From the IMG/VR virus record IMGVR_UViG_3300021961_000065, positions 1-64,000 of that record: a DNA stretch of 64,000 bases, one strand, 5' to 3'. Positions 8,411 to 19,338 of the stretch are shown here, one piece after another (position 1 is the stretch's first letter; each line of letters opens with the position of its first letter). The notes under the pieces were generated by a model. That model was not told where the DNA came from, did not search any database, and saw only the letters and a program-made list of their open reading frames with translations. Source of the DNA: a virus. The position numbers and the translations under genes are program-made.

Positions 8411-10208
8411 CTGCTGCTTGGTCAAGAGACATACCTGAAGTATGATAGAAAGCCCTAAAGCTAGCATTAATTTCTTTAACTGCTCTACTGAAAGTAGATC
8501 CAACAGGTAGACCCTGGATTGCAATAGTACCATCTTCTCTCCTTACTGTCTTTAACTGCAGATCAGGATTAGCTTTTATAAATTCTCTTGTAGTATTTTC
8601 TAATACTTTAGAGTAATTCATGATATTCTGATTAGCATTCATTACATTTGTAGGATCTAGTTTACCATATATTTCTCTAATAGAAGGGTCTTGTAAAGAA
8701 TTAATTAGGTTTCTAGTAGCAAGAACTCCCTCTTGTTGAGAGAGGTTTTCATTACCAATAACACGATTGTTTTTATCTATAGCATCATCAAACTTAGGAA
8801 TATCATTCTCATTTATTTTAGCTGATTTCAAAGTTCTTTCAGTATAATCTTGTAAAGAAGACTTACCTTTAAGTTCTTTTTTAGGTTTAATAGCTCTTGT
8901 CGAATAACCATCATCATCAGGTGTACCAATAGTATAGGTAGACTTTTTAATATCTTTCCATGATTCAGTTATAAATTCAGATCTAAGCAATTCAGGATAG
9001 TCTTTAGCCATATCCATTAGGTAATTAAATTTGTATAAGTCTTTACCCTCTGCTTCTAGATCTCTAGCTACCCTTTTAATAGCTATGTTTTTATTAATTG
9101 CTACATCATTATCTAATTCTTGACGTGTATAAGTTCCATTAGCTGTTCCTATAAAGCCCTCTTTTAATTTAGTAATCTGTTGTTGAACGTGAGTGATACC
9201 ATCTTTAAGAGCAGGATTATCAGGAGAAAGTCCATTATTAAGCATCATTTTACGAACATCTAAATTCAAGTTTGTTTCAAGCTGATTTAAGGCAAGCTCT
9301 TTATTAGGAGCATCAGAGTTTATAATCTCTAAAGCAGAATCTGAGAAATGATTAATAAGTGTTTCTTGATCCATAGCAAACTGACCTGAAGAAGAATAAG
9401 CATCAGCATCTAAAGCTTGTATAGATACTCTTGCATCTTTCATAAAGTCTAGCTTAGTTTTATTCTCTTTCAGAGCTCCCATGATATTAACATCAACCAT
9501 ATAAGCTTGATAGTCTGTACCTTGAGGAGTTTGATACTTAGGTTGCCAAGGAAATACACCTAAAGCTGTTCCTGTATCTACAAGCTTTTTAATGTCATTT
9601 TCCATAGCTTGTTGTTGCTCTTTAACTACGTTGACATCTTGTTTAACACGAGCAGTAATGTTTAATACATCTGCTATCTTAGAGGCATGACCCATAATCT
9701 CACCTGCATAAGCAGGATTTCTTGATATAGATTCTCTTATAATCTTAGAAAGTCTTTCACCTAACTCAAACTCTTTCATGATTCCTTGTTCTTTAGCTCT
9801 TACTAATTTAGAAGTTTGTTCGTCTAAAGCAGAAGTAATACCTTGAGTTTGTTTATTTAATTCTGTATTAAGAACCATAGGATAAGATTCATCATATCCT
9901 GAACTTTCTTTAATCATTTGAAGTTGACCTTCAGACTGAGCAATACCTTGCTCTAGGTTCTGAATACCCTGAAGACTACGATTAGCTCTATCTTCTTCAA
10001 GTTGTTTAATTTGTTCTGTAACATCTGCTAGTGTAGATTGTTTATCATAAGCTTTATAGGCATCTATTCCTGTCGTAACAAGACCAGAAATAAGTTCTCC
10101 TGTGGCAGCCTTCTCCATACCTTTAGACTTATCTACAACTCCTTGCTGTACATAAGCTTTAAAGTTAGAAGGTGATATACTTTGTTGAAAATCAGGTGCT
10201 TTTGGCAT
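8346..10208 (-). CDS. Internal virion (ejection) protein
   Basis: Helical protein at the end of the virion operon; N-terminal region similar to 51493-53829. Confidence 0.65.
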   Translation of the reverse strand: MPKAPDFQQSISPSNFKAYVQQGVVDKSKGMEKAATGELISGLVTTGIDAYKAYDKQSTLADVTEQIKQLEEDRANRSLQGIQNLEQGIAQSEGQLQMIKESSGYDESYPMVLNTELNKQTQGITSALDEQTSKLVRAKEQGIMKEFELGERLSKIIRESISRNPAYAGEIMGHASKIADVLNITARVKQDVNVVKEQQQAMENDIKKLVDTGTALGVFPWQPKYQTPQGTDYQAYMVDVNIMGALKENKTKLDFMKDARVSIQALDADAYSSSGQFAMDQETLINHFSDSALEIINSDAPNKELALNQLETNLNLDVRKMMLNNGLSPDNPALKDGITHVQQQITKLKEGFIGTANGTYTRQELDNDVAINKNIAIKRVARDLEAEGKDLYKFNYLMDMAKDYPELLRSEFITESWKDIKKSTYTIGTPDDDGYSTRAIKPKKELKGKSSLQDYTERTLKSAKINENDIPKFDDAIDKNNRVIGNENLSQQEGVLATRNLINSLQDPSIREIYGKLDPTNVMNANQNIMNYSKVLENTTREFIKANPDLQLKTVRREDGTIAIQGLPVGSTFSRAVKEINASFRAFYHTSGMSLDQAADEFYSAIPSLGLTGVSPSQKQ

Positions 10209-10211
10209 TTG

Positions 10212-13200
10212 TTATTCCTTAATTGGTGATAATTTTCTATTTACAACCATGTCATAATAATCCTGAAGAACAGGATCGTTTTCTTTTACATTCTTGAGAA
10301 TATTAACAATAGATTGCATATCCTCTGTTCTTCCATCACTATTTAATAAATAAGTAAATAGAGAGCCAGTTCTAGTAGTAGTTGCTCTAGCAGCCTGACG
10401 ACTAAGTACTTCTTTATAAATTTCATTTAGTTCAGATCCTGAGAAGTTACCTTCTTGTCTTAGTAGGTTCATTTCAAAGTTAAGTAGTTTAAACTTTGTC
10501 TCTGCATCTGCTCTAGTTCCTGTAAATACATCAATAAAAACACTATCTAAATCACTGATAGCATCTTTAACTTTCTGTTGTGCAGATCTTTTGAGTTCTT
10601 CTCCACGTCTTAGTTCAGCTTCTTTAAAGGTAGTAAATCCTAAAGCTTGCCAAAACGCATCTGTTTTAGTTATTTCTAAACCTTTAGCAAAGCCATTCTT
10701 AGTATAAAGATCTTGCATTCTCCAAGCACGTCTTGCTTTAGAAACATTAGAACCTAAAGAAGTAGCTTCTAAAAGAGCAGGCATTACTTCAAACATAGAA
10801 TCGCCAGTAATGTCTCTGTATTTAAATATGTTTTCTGCTTTAGATACAGACTCCATGATTCTACCTACAGCTTTGTTAAAAGGTATATTAGGAGCCTGAG
10901 CTTGTCTGTCTCCCATAAACCATGCAACTGATTGGAACAATCCATGTAATACTTCAATAGGAGCATTCGTAGCACTTACAGAAGCTGAAGCAGATATACT
11001 TACATCTGATTTCTCATCCATTAATAACTCAGAAAGATATTCAATGGATAGGTCTATAGCTCCTTTTTGTAGAAGTTCAGCATTAGCTTGTATTTCAGGA
11101 TTATCATGATTAGCAAAATAATCATAGATTAGTTTACCTGCTCCACCTATTGTTCCATACTTAACTCCATGTAGTAGGACTCTATTACCTACTAACATAG
11201 CTCTTTGACCTCTAGTTAAGTTAGTACCATTATCTTGTAATACTTGTACTAAGCCTTTAACGTTAATAGCTTGGAACTGTGTTAAGAAGGATAAAACAGG
11301 TTGTCTTTGAAATTGAAGAGCTCCTGCTCGAGACATCGAACCTGCTTGTTTCCATGCTTCAAAAGCTAACTGATTAATATTAGCTTTAGTAGTCCAATCC
11401 TTACCTGGATTAGCTGCTTTCCATCTTTCTTTATTTTGTAAGAACATACCTACCAAGTTGCTTAATTCAGATACACCATATCCATATTTATTAAAACCAC
11501 CTGCAACTACACCTTCAGCAGTTTGTACAGGTCTTAGTATTTTACCTGGAATAGAGGTTCCTTCATCAAAACTTCTAATACGTCTTCCTAATACTTCATG
11601 AGCAGCCAAGTTCTGGTTAATTGTTTCAAGAACATTAGCTTCTTTAAGTGCTTTCAATTCAAGATCATATTCTAATTTAGCTTTAGGATCTTTAATCATA
11701 ATACTTTTAACAGCTTGAGAATCAAAGCCCAATAGTTCTGAAGCTAATAAAGGTGTCTTTGTAAAAGTAGCCTTAGCTGTTTTAGGAAACACAGTAGCTT
11801 GTTCTATAAACATAGAGGGTTGAATGATCCAGTGTCTCATAGGAAGTACATAAGTAATCATAAGTCTAGTAGCTAAAGCCTTACCTAGGGTAGAGGCACC
11901 AGTAATACCCATACTTGCTAACTTTCTAAGTTCAGAAGCAGGTACTTTAAATGTACGAGACTCAAGAATATCAGCCATTGACTGTAGAGAGTTAAACCAT
12001 ATTCGATCAAAAGACTTAACATCACCTGCTTGAATAAAGTGATCATGTCTTAGCCATGCAGATTGAGCATCCTTAACCATTTGTTCTAAGGCAGGAGAAG
12101 CTGCTTTACCTTTTGCAGTAGCTGATATTTCATTTAATGAAGTAGGATAAGTATCTCCAGGGATTACATCTTTAAAGTCTTTTACAAACTTCTGTGTAAA
12201 AGCTTTCTCAAATTGAGATCCTGCTGCTGTAGAAGTAATTCTACGAGCACTTTCATGAAGAGCCTTTAAAGGATCCATGATAACATTGTCATCTTTAAGG
12301 TATCTAACACCTTCAGCTCGAGTCAGAGCATTTTTATAGTTGTCAGTATCCATCTTATAAATAGCAATATGATCAGATATACTGTTAGCTACTGACTTTT
12401 CAGGAGACATTACAACAGCATCTGGAACATAATTAGGTGAATTAGGATCAGACATCTCTTTAACTAATAAGTCTGCCTCATATTTAGTAGTAGCTGTACC
12501 TTTAACTTCTGTAAAGCTATCTGGAACAGGTCTATTAGTTCCTCTACCATATTCAATACCATTATGTTTTACATAAATAGGTTTAGTCTTAATAAAGAAA
12601 TGACTTTCATATTGTTTGTAATAGTGTCCAGGAATCTTATTAATAACTCTTTGAGGTAGAATCTTAAGCTCTGATTTTCCTTTAGCACTGATTAAAGCAT
12701 AGTCAGCAGAGGCTCCAGTTACATCCTTCTGTCTCTTACTGAGTCTTACTAATTCTTTACCAGAAGCTACATTAACAGTAGAGTCCTTAGCATTAAAGAT
12801 ATTACCTTTGGATTCATCAGGTACATATTTAACTATTTTTCCTGAATCAATATCTAATACTTCTGCAGGTACTTCAGATAAAAGTATACCTTTTTTCTGA
12901 TTAAACTGTTTAGCAAACATAAGGGTCGGTCGATTATTTATATAGATACCTTTATCATAACCCTCTGCATATAGTCTAGTTTTCTCACCTTGATTGGTAA
13001 TTTCAAATAGAGTATCTTGAACAGTTCTCCATTCTTTCTGAAGAGCATCAAGTCTTTCTAATTGTTTAGTTGTAAGCTTATCTCCTAAACGAACACCATT
13101 TACTTCTATATTAGATAATTCAGAAACACTATAAAGATCTATACTTTCTGCTTCCATCTTTCTAGCAATATGACCCATGTAAGGATTGATGTCCCTACTT

Positions 13201-15005
13201 ACTTTAACCATATTGTCCATCTTTTCAGTAACACGATTTAAAAGGTTTTCAGCTTTCTCACTTACACCTTTTCTAGCCATCTCTGCCCATTTAGGAAAGT
13301 AACCAGTTCCTGAAAAGTATTCACTGATACTAGATGTTTTATATGCTCCTGCGTTTAAACCACCTATAAAAGACATAGTCTCAGAATCTAATCTATTGTC
13401 TTCTATTACAGGATTATCTAGTAAGTCATACTTCTTCTTAAAGCCATATTCAATTTGAAACTCACCTTTATCTAATGTTTTAGCTTTAGATTTAAGGAAA
13501 GCATCAGCATCATACACTTTATTAGTTTTAAGGTCTCTTACTTTAATAGCACCTGGTTCATCCATAGCTTCTACTAAAGGTCTTAATTGTTTAATTCCAT
13601 GTTCAACAGCAGCTTTACTAGCAAACGCATAGTCAGGACCTTGAGTAAATACCATCTCACCTTCAAGAACATTATCTACCATGTTAAAAGTAGAGGCAGG
13701 TTGATTATGATGTAGCTTAGTAGACTGAGCAATATTAAAACGTCTTTCAAAGTCAGCAAAACGAGCAGGAGAATCTACAATATTATCATCAAATAAAGAA
13801 TCATAGATAATCTTAGCTGAATCTGACATTCCTTCTTTTTCTTTTAGTCTTCTATTAATATCAGGAATAGGACCATTTTGATCTGTCTTTTTACCAGTCT
13901 TAGCTAATACATTCTCAGCTATGATAGCTTCTTGAGAAGTACCCATAGCATCTGCAAGAGATGCACCATCAGGACCATCTAAAGAAGTAGCTAGAGTATC
14001 ACCTGCTAGTTTAGGATTAGCTGTAACTGTGGCTACTGCAGGAGAATCTTTAGGATGTGTTAGTCTATTATATTGAGTTTTAAGAGGTTTCCATGCAAAA
14101 GGAATCATCATACCTATTGCTTCCATAGTAAATAGAGCAGTCTCTTTATCCTTAGCTATACCTTTTTCTACAGCCTTATCAGCAATAAGTTCTAACTCAC
14201 CTCCTACCCAATTAAGAGCCTGAGTAGCGTAGGCTTCATCAAATTCTTTCTCTACACCCATCCATTTAGCAAGAAACTTAGGATCTAAGTCATCAAACCA
14301 ATTCTGTAGTTTGTCTACACCTAATTTAGTATTAGTCTTTTCTTCCCATTCTTTTCTATAACGAGCAATATCAACTTCTTTACCTTTAAGAAGGTCAACA
14401 GTTAGTCCTGCTAATGAATAAAGAAACTGAGGAATCCCTTTAATAGTACCCACACCTAAGTTACCTACAAGAGATGCTGCTTCAGCACTAATAGGTTTAG
14501 CATAGTCTTCATCGATAGATTTAAGAAACGTTGTATTTTCTTTAATAGCTTCTATGTTATTATTGTTTACACGCTCATTTACAGAATCAACAACTTGATC
14601 TTGACCTTCCATATCTAATGTTGATTGTCCTAGTTCAAGAATAGCTATATCTTCTATGTATTTATCTTTAAGAGATCTAGGAATAAAACCACCTAAACTA
14701 TACTGACGAAGCATTCTTTGCTTTTGATCTCTAGGAATAGTTTGATCACCCATAAGGTTAGCTATAACTAACTTATTCTTTTCATTGGCTTCTGCTTGAT
14801 AAGCTACTTCTGCGTTTTGATATACGTCAGAATAACCTACTTGAGTGAAGTCATCATACGTTTTATTATAAACATCTACAGCATTATCCATATTAGACTG
14901 AGAAGCTAAATAAAAAGCCTTCTCTTTTGCCTCTGTTTCTGATAAAGGTCTGCCCTTAAGCTCTTCACCTTCAAACTGAAGCAGTGTCGTATTTTCAAAT
15001 TCCAT
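10212..15005 (-). CDS. Large internal virion (ejection) protein, 1597 aa
   Basis: Size and position typical of podovirus core proteins; distant ortholog 53829-58982. Confidence 0.65.
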   Translation of the reverse strand: MEFENTTLLQFEGEELKGRPLSETEAKEKAFYLASQSNMDNAVDVYNKTYDDFTQVGYSDVYQNAEVAYQAEANEKNKLVIANLMGDQTIPRDQKQRMLRQYSLGGFIPRSLKDKYIEDIAILELGQSTLDMEGQDQVVDSVNERVNNNNIEAIKENTTFLKSIDEDYAKPISAEAASLVGNLGVGTIKGIPQFLYSLAGLTVDLLKGKEVDIARYRKEWEEKTNTKLGVDKLQNWFDDLDPKFLAKWMGVEKEFDEAYATQALNWVGGELELIADKAVEKGIAKDKETALFTMEAIGMMIPFAWKPLKTQYNRLTHPKDSPAVATVTANPKLAGDTLATSLDGPDGASLADAMGTSQEAIIAENVLAKTGKKTDQNGPIPDINRRLKEKEGMSDSAKIIYDSLFDDNIVDSPARFADFERRFNIAQSTKLHHNQPASTFNMVDNVLEGEMVFTQGPDYAFASKAAVEHGIKQLRPLVEAMDEPGAIKVRDLKTNKVYDADAFLKSKAKTLDKGEFQIEYGFKKKYDLLDNPVIEDNRLDSETMSFIGGLNAGAYKTSSISEYFSGTGYFPKWAEMARKGVSEKAENLLNRVTEKMDNMVKVSRDINPYMGHIARKMEAESIDLYSVSELSNIEVNGVRLGDKLTTKQLERLDALQKEWRTVQDTLFEITNQGEKTRLYAEGYDKGIYINNRPTLMFAKQFNQKKGILLSEVPAEVLDIDSGKIVKYVPDESKGNIFNAKDSTVNVASGKELVRLSKRQKDVTGASADYALISAKGKSELKILPQRVINKIPGHYYKQYESHFFIKTKPIYVKHNGIEYGRGTNRPVPDSFTEVKGTATTKYEADLLVKEMSDPNSPNYVPDAVVMSPEKSVANSISDHIAIYKMDTDNYKNALTRAEGVRYLKDDNVIMDPLKALHESARRITSTAAGSQFEKAFTQKFVKDFKDVIPGDTYPTSLNEISATAKGKAASPALEQMVKDAQSAWLRHDHFIQAGDVKSFDRIWFNSLQSMADILESRTFKVPASELRKLASMGITGASTLGKALATRLMITYVLPMRHWIIQPSMFIEQATVFPKTAKATFTKTPLLASELLGFDSQAVKSIMIKDPKAKLEYDLELKALKEANVLETINQNLAAHEVLGRRIRSFDEGTSIPGKILRPVQTAEGVVAGGFNKYGYGVSELSNLVGMFLQNKERWKAANPGKDWTTKANINQLAFEAWKQAGSMSRAGALQFQRQPVLSFLTQFQAINVKGLVQVLQDNGTNLTRGQRAMLVGNRVLLHGVKYGTIGGAGKLIYDYFANHDNPEIQANAELLQKGAIDLSIEYLSELLMDEKSDVSISASASVSATNAPIEVLHGLFQSVAWFMGDRQAQAPNIPFNKAVGRIMESVSKAENIFKYRDITGDSMFEVMPALLEATSLGSNVSKARRAWRMQDLYTKNGFAKGLEITKTDAFWQALGFTTFKEAELRRGEELKRSAQQKVKDAISDLDSVFIDVFTGTRADAETKFKLLNFEMNLLRQEGNFSGSELNEIYKEVLSRQAARATTTRTGSLFTYLLNSDGRTEDMQSIVNILKNVKENDPVLQDYYDMVVNRKLSPIKE

Positions 15006-15014
15006 TAATTAATC

Positions 15015-15830
15015 CTATACATTAAAGATGTTAATAAAGTCTTTTGACATTCCTGAAGCCATTGTAGCCATGTTTGTCCATTGATTAGCCTGTACTCCTG
15101 CCTGGTATCCTTTAGAAGCTGCAGTAGCAGCACCAATATTATATCCTGATTGTTCTTGAGCAAACCCTTGAGCTACGTTAATTTGTCCTATGTTAGCTGC
15201 AGCTTGAGTTGCTAAACCTCCTACTGCTCCAGTAAAGCTAGATGTACCTGCCATACCTATTCCTGCTCCACCTGTTGCTGCTGTAATTTGACCTGTTTTA
15301 ATCCTTTGCTCTCTTACTTGAGCTATCCGTTGCAATCTTGCTTGAACAGCATTTTCTCTTTGTCTAGACTCTTCTAATTTCTTAGCTTCAGCTACTCGTT
15401 GTGCCTCAAACTTTGATTGTTGACCTGCATATTTTCTAGATTGAATTTGAGAAGCAACATTAAGACCAAGACCTGCTATAGAAGTAGCTTGTGATAAAGA
15501 AAGACCTGAAGTTGCTAACTTAGCTACACTTCCTAAGCCCTGTCCCATATAACCAAAGCTACCCATACCAAAAGCAGAATATCCTCCATAAGCAATAGCT
15601 GCTACTGCTGCTACTTTTGCTATTGTTTTAACAGCTTTTTTATATTCAGGAAGACCTGTATATGGATTAATAGTACCAGAACCACCATACATTTTTAATA
15701 ATAAAGCTTCTTCTGGATTAATATGAGCAAGCATTGTATCACCTTCTTGCCCTTTACCTGCAATATCATGATATAATTCTTTAAGTAATTCTACTTTTTC
15801 TTTAGTAGATAAGTTTCTTATTAAACTCAT
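15015..15830 (-). CDS. Internal virion/pilot protein with extra N-terminal domain
   Basis: Gly/Ala-rich body with coiled coil; N-terminal GDTMLAHINPEEA..GGSGTINPYTGLPEY absent in copy B. Confidence 0.6.
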   Translation of the reverse strand: MSLIRNLSTKEKVELLKELYHDIAGKGQEGDTMLAHINPEEALLLKMYGGSGTINPYTGLPEYKKAVKTIAKVAAVAAIAYGGYSAFGMGSFGYMGQGLGSVAKLATSGLSLSQATSIAGLGLNVASQIQSRKYAGQQSKFEAQRVAEAKKLEESRQRENAVQARLQRIAQVREQRIKTGQITAATGGAGIGMAGTSSFTGAVGGLATQAAANIGQINVAQGFAQEQSGYNIGAATAASKGYQAGVQANQWTNMATMASGMSKDFINIFNV

Positions 15831-15840
15831 AGTGTCTCCC

Positions 15841-16146
15841 TTATAATACTTTTTTAGTTAATATTTGTTGCATTCCATCTGTTGTTGTAACTATAAAATT
15901 GGTTGGCATCATACCAAACATCTTATTAAATTTAAGATCAAGTATAGTTTCTGGTAATCCATATATTTCTTTTATACCCATAGCTTTAATTTTAGGTATA
16001 ATAATATTATCCCAAACATGTAAATATCTTTTATAAGTATCAGGACTCCATTGGATTGAATCCATGTGAAGCATCCATCCAGGAAGATCCTTATCATATC
16101 TTATATGGACATATCCATTACCTGGTTCTTCGTATAATATATTCAT
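15841..16146 (-). CDS. Putative GNAT-fold assembly protein (T7 gp13 position)
   Basis: Between nozzle and first ejection protein; KF..MFG pattern; ortholog 59603-59923. Confidence 0.45.
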   Translation of the reverse strand: MNILYEEPGNGYVHIRYDKDLPGWMLHMDSIQWSPDTYKRYLHVWDNIIIPKIKAMGIKEIYGLPETILDLKFNKMFGMMPTNFIVTTTDGMQQILTKKVL

Positions 16147-18395
16147 TAAACATTAGAAGTTGCTGTGGCAGGGAACGCCCATCCTAGTAACTTCATATCT
16201 TTTCCTTCTTCTGAATTTATCTTTAAACTTATTGTTTTACCAGAACCTCTTAGCTTATTCTTTGTTATAATAACTCCATCACCATAGTCAAAAGGATCTC
16301 CTGATCCAGTAGGTATGTAGTTTCTTAATAAACGATAAGCTTGGAATTCTGATCCCCATTTACCACTATTAGCACTATTTGACCAATTCCATTGTGATTG
16401 TACTTTACATGATGATTGGTTATTAAGAATTAAATTAGATCCTGAAGCTATATAGCCATCTTCTGTACGAGTAAAATAGAAGAATACATAAGGTATTTGT
16501 TTGTCTCTCATAACATCACCAAACAACTCATAACCTGTTACAAGATAACTAGTATAGCTAACTCCTGTACCATTTTCTGTTACCCAATCTTTAAATGACA
16601 AGTTATTAAATTTAGATAGAGTAAAAGAAGTACCTACTATAGTTAAATAACTAAATTGTGAACTTCTATTTAATAACAAATCTTCTGTTGTTACTACAGT
16701 ATCAGAATTACTATCTATAACTGTATCTCCACTTGTAACTAATACAGATTGATCAAAACTAGATACGGCATAACCAGGTACTTCAATATAGTCAGCTACA
16801 TAAGGTGAATTAGTTGCAAGATCACTAAATGTATTTGTGTACCAAGCTTGGAGTGTAAGATCATATACAAGTTCCTTGGTATACTTATTTATATAATTAT
16901 TGTTCGTATAAGAAGTACTATCATTATATAACCAACGTACTCTATTTTCTTTCTCATCATAGAATCCTTTACAGTTGTTTTTACCAATGTCAGGAATACC
17001 TAAATATAAAGATTGAATTGTTGTAAGTGATAAAGATTCAGCTTTAAATCTTCCTGCTACAGAGTCTGTAGATAATAAATAAATACCTGCTTTAGACCAA
17101 TATACAAAGTTACCCCCTACATTAACTACAGATTTAGAATTTAAGATTCCATTTGGAGAAATCTTACTTGCTTGGAAAGAAGTAGCTACGAAACCATTAG
17201 TATCTCCATAAACTTCCCACACACCATTCTCTGCAAAGACAAGTAAAGATGATTGAGAAGAAATTATCTTAACAATACGAGTAGCTTCTGGTATCTGAAT
17301 AGTACCCCCATCAGAGTCAATAATGTCATTAATACCAGGATCTGTAGGATCAGCTTCTTGATGACATTTACCTAAGTCTGTATTAGATGTTACAACTTTA
17401 GTAAAGAATATATATCCTGAATAATTAGGAGATTTAGCATCACCATTTGTAACACTAGAATCAATACCTGAATAGAATATACGTTGAGCATAAGAAGCAA
17501 TAGTAGATATATTACCTGTTTCTGTATCTGAATTAAGTCCTGTAACATCTGTTCCTGCTTCTCTAGAAGAACCTCTATCAAAGGCATCTATAATGATTGA
17601 ACCTCTAGCTACTGTATAACGTGATTGTGAGTTCTTTTGTAATACTACTGGATCAAACTTTTCATAATTAGCATCGGCTGAATTACTAATCTTACCAAGA
17701 GTCCATGAATCAGAATTACTTGGATATTTACTTAGAGCAGTAAATGTTTCAGCTAAAGCATCTCCTCCTCCTTTAGTAACAATGTTTTCATTCCAACCTT
17801 GGTTACGAAGATTATACTTATGCTCATCTGATAGAGTAGCAGGTCTTTCATCATCTCCTAAACCATCTACTAATCCCCATATATCTCTAACTTTAATATC
17901 AATAGTAGATTGAGTTACTGTATCTGTTGTACTATTGTAAGAAAGAAGTACAGGTTTATCTATGTCTTTAGAAACAATAATTAACTGATTGTTAATAACA
18001 GCAGTTTCTATATTATTGTTAGATAGTCCTGTTATCGTAATAGAATTACCACTATTTAATAAATTAGCACTAGGAGCTGAAGTTAAGAGATCTATAAACC
18101 ATAGTTTATTTTTAACACGAATAACACCAATAGCTACAGATGAGTTACCACTAGGAGTATCCCATCTATGAAAAGATTGTTTACCTTGTTTAATATCATC
18201 TGCTGTTAAACCTGTAGAAGTCTTTGCATAGGCACCTTCATAGTCTAAACCTAGTCTACGAGAGCGTGAGCCATCTCTATTGAGTACAAAGTTTTGTTCG
18301 TCAATAGAAGCATTCTCTGGAAATGTAAGAGGACTCGCCTCTGTAATTAGACCCTTGACAAAGGATCTAAAGACTTTCTCGGTTTTAGCTGCCAA
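16146..18395 (-). CDS. Tail nozzle / tubular protein B
   Basis: 749-aa beta-rich, F.KGLITEASPL..NFVLNRDGSRSRRLG; position. Confidence 0.75.
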   Translation of the reverse strand: MAAKTEKVFRSFVKGLITEASPLTFPENASIDEQNFVLNRDGSRSRRLGLDYEGAYAKTSTGLTADDIKQGKQSFHRWDTPSGNSSVAIGVIRVKNKLWFIDLLTSAPSANLLNSGNSITITGLSNNNIETAVINNQLIIVSKDIDKPVLLSYNSTTDTVTQSTIDIKVRDIWGLVDGLGDDERPATLSDEHKYNLRNQGWNENIVTKGGGDALAETFTALSKYPSNSDSWTLGKISNSADANYEKFDPVVLQKNSQSRYTVARGSIIIDAFDRGSSREAGTDVTGLNSDTETGNISTIASYAQRIFYSGIDSSVTNGDAKSPNYSGYIFFTKVVTSNTDLGKCHQEADPTDPGINDIIDSDGGTIQIPEATRIVKIISSQSSLLVFAENGVWEVYGDTNGFVATSFQASKISPNGILNSKSVVNVGGNFVYWSKAGIYLLSTDSVAGRFKAESLSLTTIQSLYLGIPDIGKNNCKGFYDEKENRVRWLYNDSTSYTNNNYINKYTKELVYDLTLQAWYTNTFSDLATNSPYVADYIEVPGYAVSSFDQSVLVTSGDTVIDSNSDTVVTTEDLLLNRSSQFSYLTIVGTSFTLSKFNNLSFKDWVTENGTGVSYTSYLVTGYELFGDVMRDKQIPYVFFYFTRTEDGYIASGSNLILNNQSSCKVQSQWNWSNSANSGKWGSEFQAYRLLRNYIPTGSGDPFDYGDGVIITKNKLRGSGKTISLKINSEEGKDMKLLGWAFPATATSNV

Positions 18396-18399
18396 TTAA

Positions 18400-18669
18400 T
18401 TATTCCTCAGTAGATTGTTCTTCTTTTTCTTTAATAGTCTTTTTAAGATCTTTAACAAACTCTTTGTTTTCTGCTTTCTTTTCGAAACGATCTTTGTTAT
18501 TTAGTAGATAGTTACGAACAGCTATTTGTGCTACAGCACTTGATGTAAAGAATCCTGCTAGTTCTTGTGGTGTTTGTCCACCTTGAGTAAATTGTATTTT
18601 ATAATGTCCAGTACCTGGAGCATTAACAATCTGTATCTCCTTACCATTTGGGGTCATAAATGTATCCAT
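18400..18669 (-). CDS. Hypothetical protein
   Basis: GG..P..L.G.FTS conserved with 62214-62456. Confidence 0.7.
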   Translation of the reverse strand: MDTFMTPNGKEIQIVNAPGTGHYKIQFTQGGQTPQELAGFFTSSAVAQIAVRNYLLNNKDRFEKKAENKEFVKDLKKTIKEKEEQSTEE

Positions 18670-18683
18670 TGTTTATCCTTAAG

Positions 18684-18920
18684 TTATTTAATTTTAGACT
18701 TTTTATAGTTCTCTTTGTTTTCTTCTCTAGTTTGAATAGTTCTAGCCATAGAGTCTTTAACTATGTTTTTCATACCTTCATAGAGCTTCTTACCTGCTTT
18801 GATAGGTGAGGGTGGTTTACCTTCGCCCATATTAGCTTTAGTAGAGTTAGCATCACGAATAGCTGCTATCTCTTCAGCAGTCATTTCGCTAGGTTTTTTA
18901 CCTTTATATAAATCTCCCAT
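18684..18920 (-). CDS. Hypothetical charged protein
   Basis: Coupled ORF; C-terminus weakly similar to 62458-62697. Confidence 0.55.
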   Translation of the reverse strand: MGDLYKGKKPSEMTAEEIAAIRDANSTKANMGEGKPPSPIKAGKKLYEGMKNIVKDSMARTIQTREENKENYKKSKIK

Positions 18921-19336
18921 TAGTTTCCTCCCATCATTTTACGAGCTTTTCTTTCAGCTTCTCTAGCCCAAGACATACGATCTTCTGATGGTTCTGACTT
19001 AGCTGATAAAGTACCAGTAGCTGTTTCTTTTGATTGACTCAAATTATTAACATAGTCTTGTACAATAGGATTATTAGAATAGCTCTCTGCAGAAGAAGTA
19101 GATTCTTTTACACTAGATTTAGAATTATAATTAGGTCCTTGTCTAAGCACATCATCAGATTGTCTTACTACTGAAGTTTGAGGAGCTGTTGATTTACGAG
19201 GTACTGTATAATCAGGTCCTTTTGAAGTATCAGTAGGAATATACTTAGGTTTTTTTAGATTAGCTTTATATCTTTCATTAGCTTCTTTATTAGCTTTTTC
19301 ATAAGAAGGTTGTTTGTACTTTTTCATGAGTGGCAT
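18920..19336 (-). CDS. Low-complexity hypothetical protein, copy A only
   Basis: Ser/Lys-rich ORF with SD AAGGA. Confidence 0.55.
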   Translation of the reverse strand: MPLMKKYKQPSYEKANKEANERYKANLKKPKYIPTDTSKGPDYTVPRKSTAPQTSVVRQSDDVLRQGPNYNSKSSVKESTSSAESYSNNPIVQDYVNNLSQSKETATGTLSAKSEPSEDRMSWAREAERKARKMMGGN

Positions 19337-19338
19337 GA

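Noticed and set aside
8411-8533. N-terminal part of the 287-aa ORF call 7670-8533
   Set aside because: Lies inside the 620-aa gene with no SD; treated as non-coding in this frame
10212-15005. Virion RNA polymerase
   Set aside because: No catalytic RNAP motif conserved between the two copies by eye; needs structure prediction
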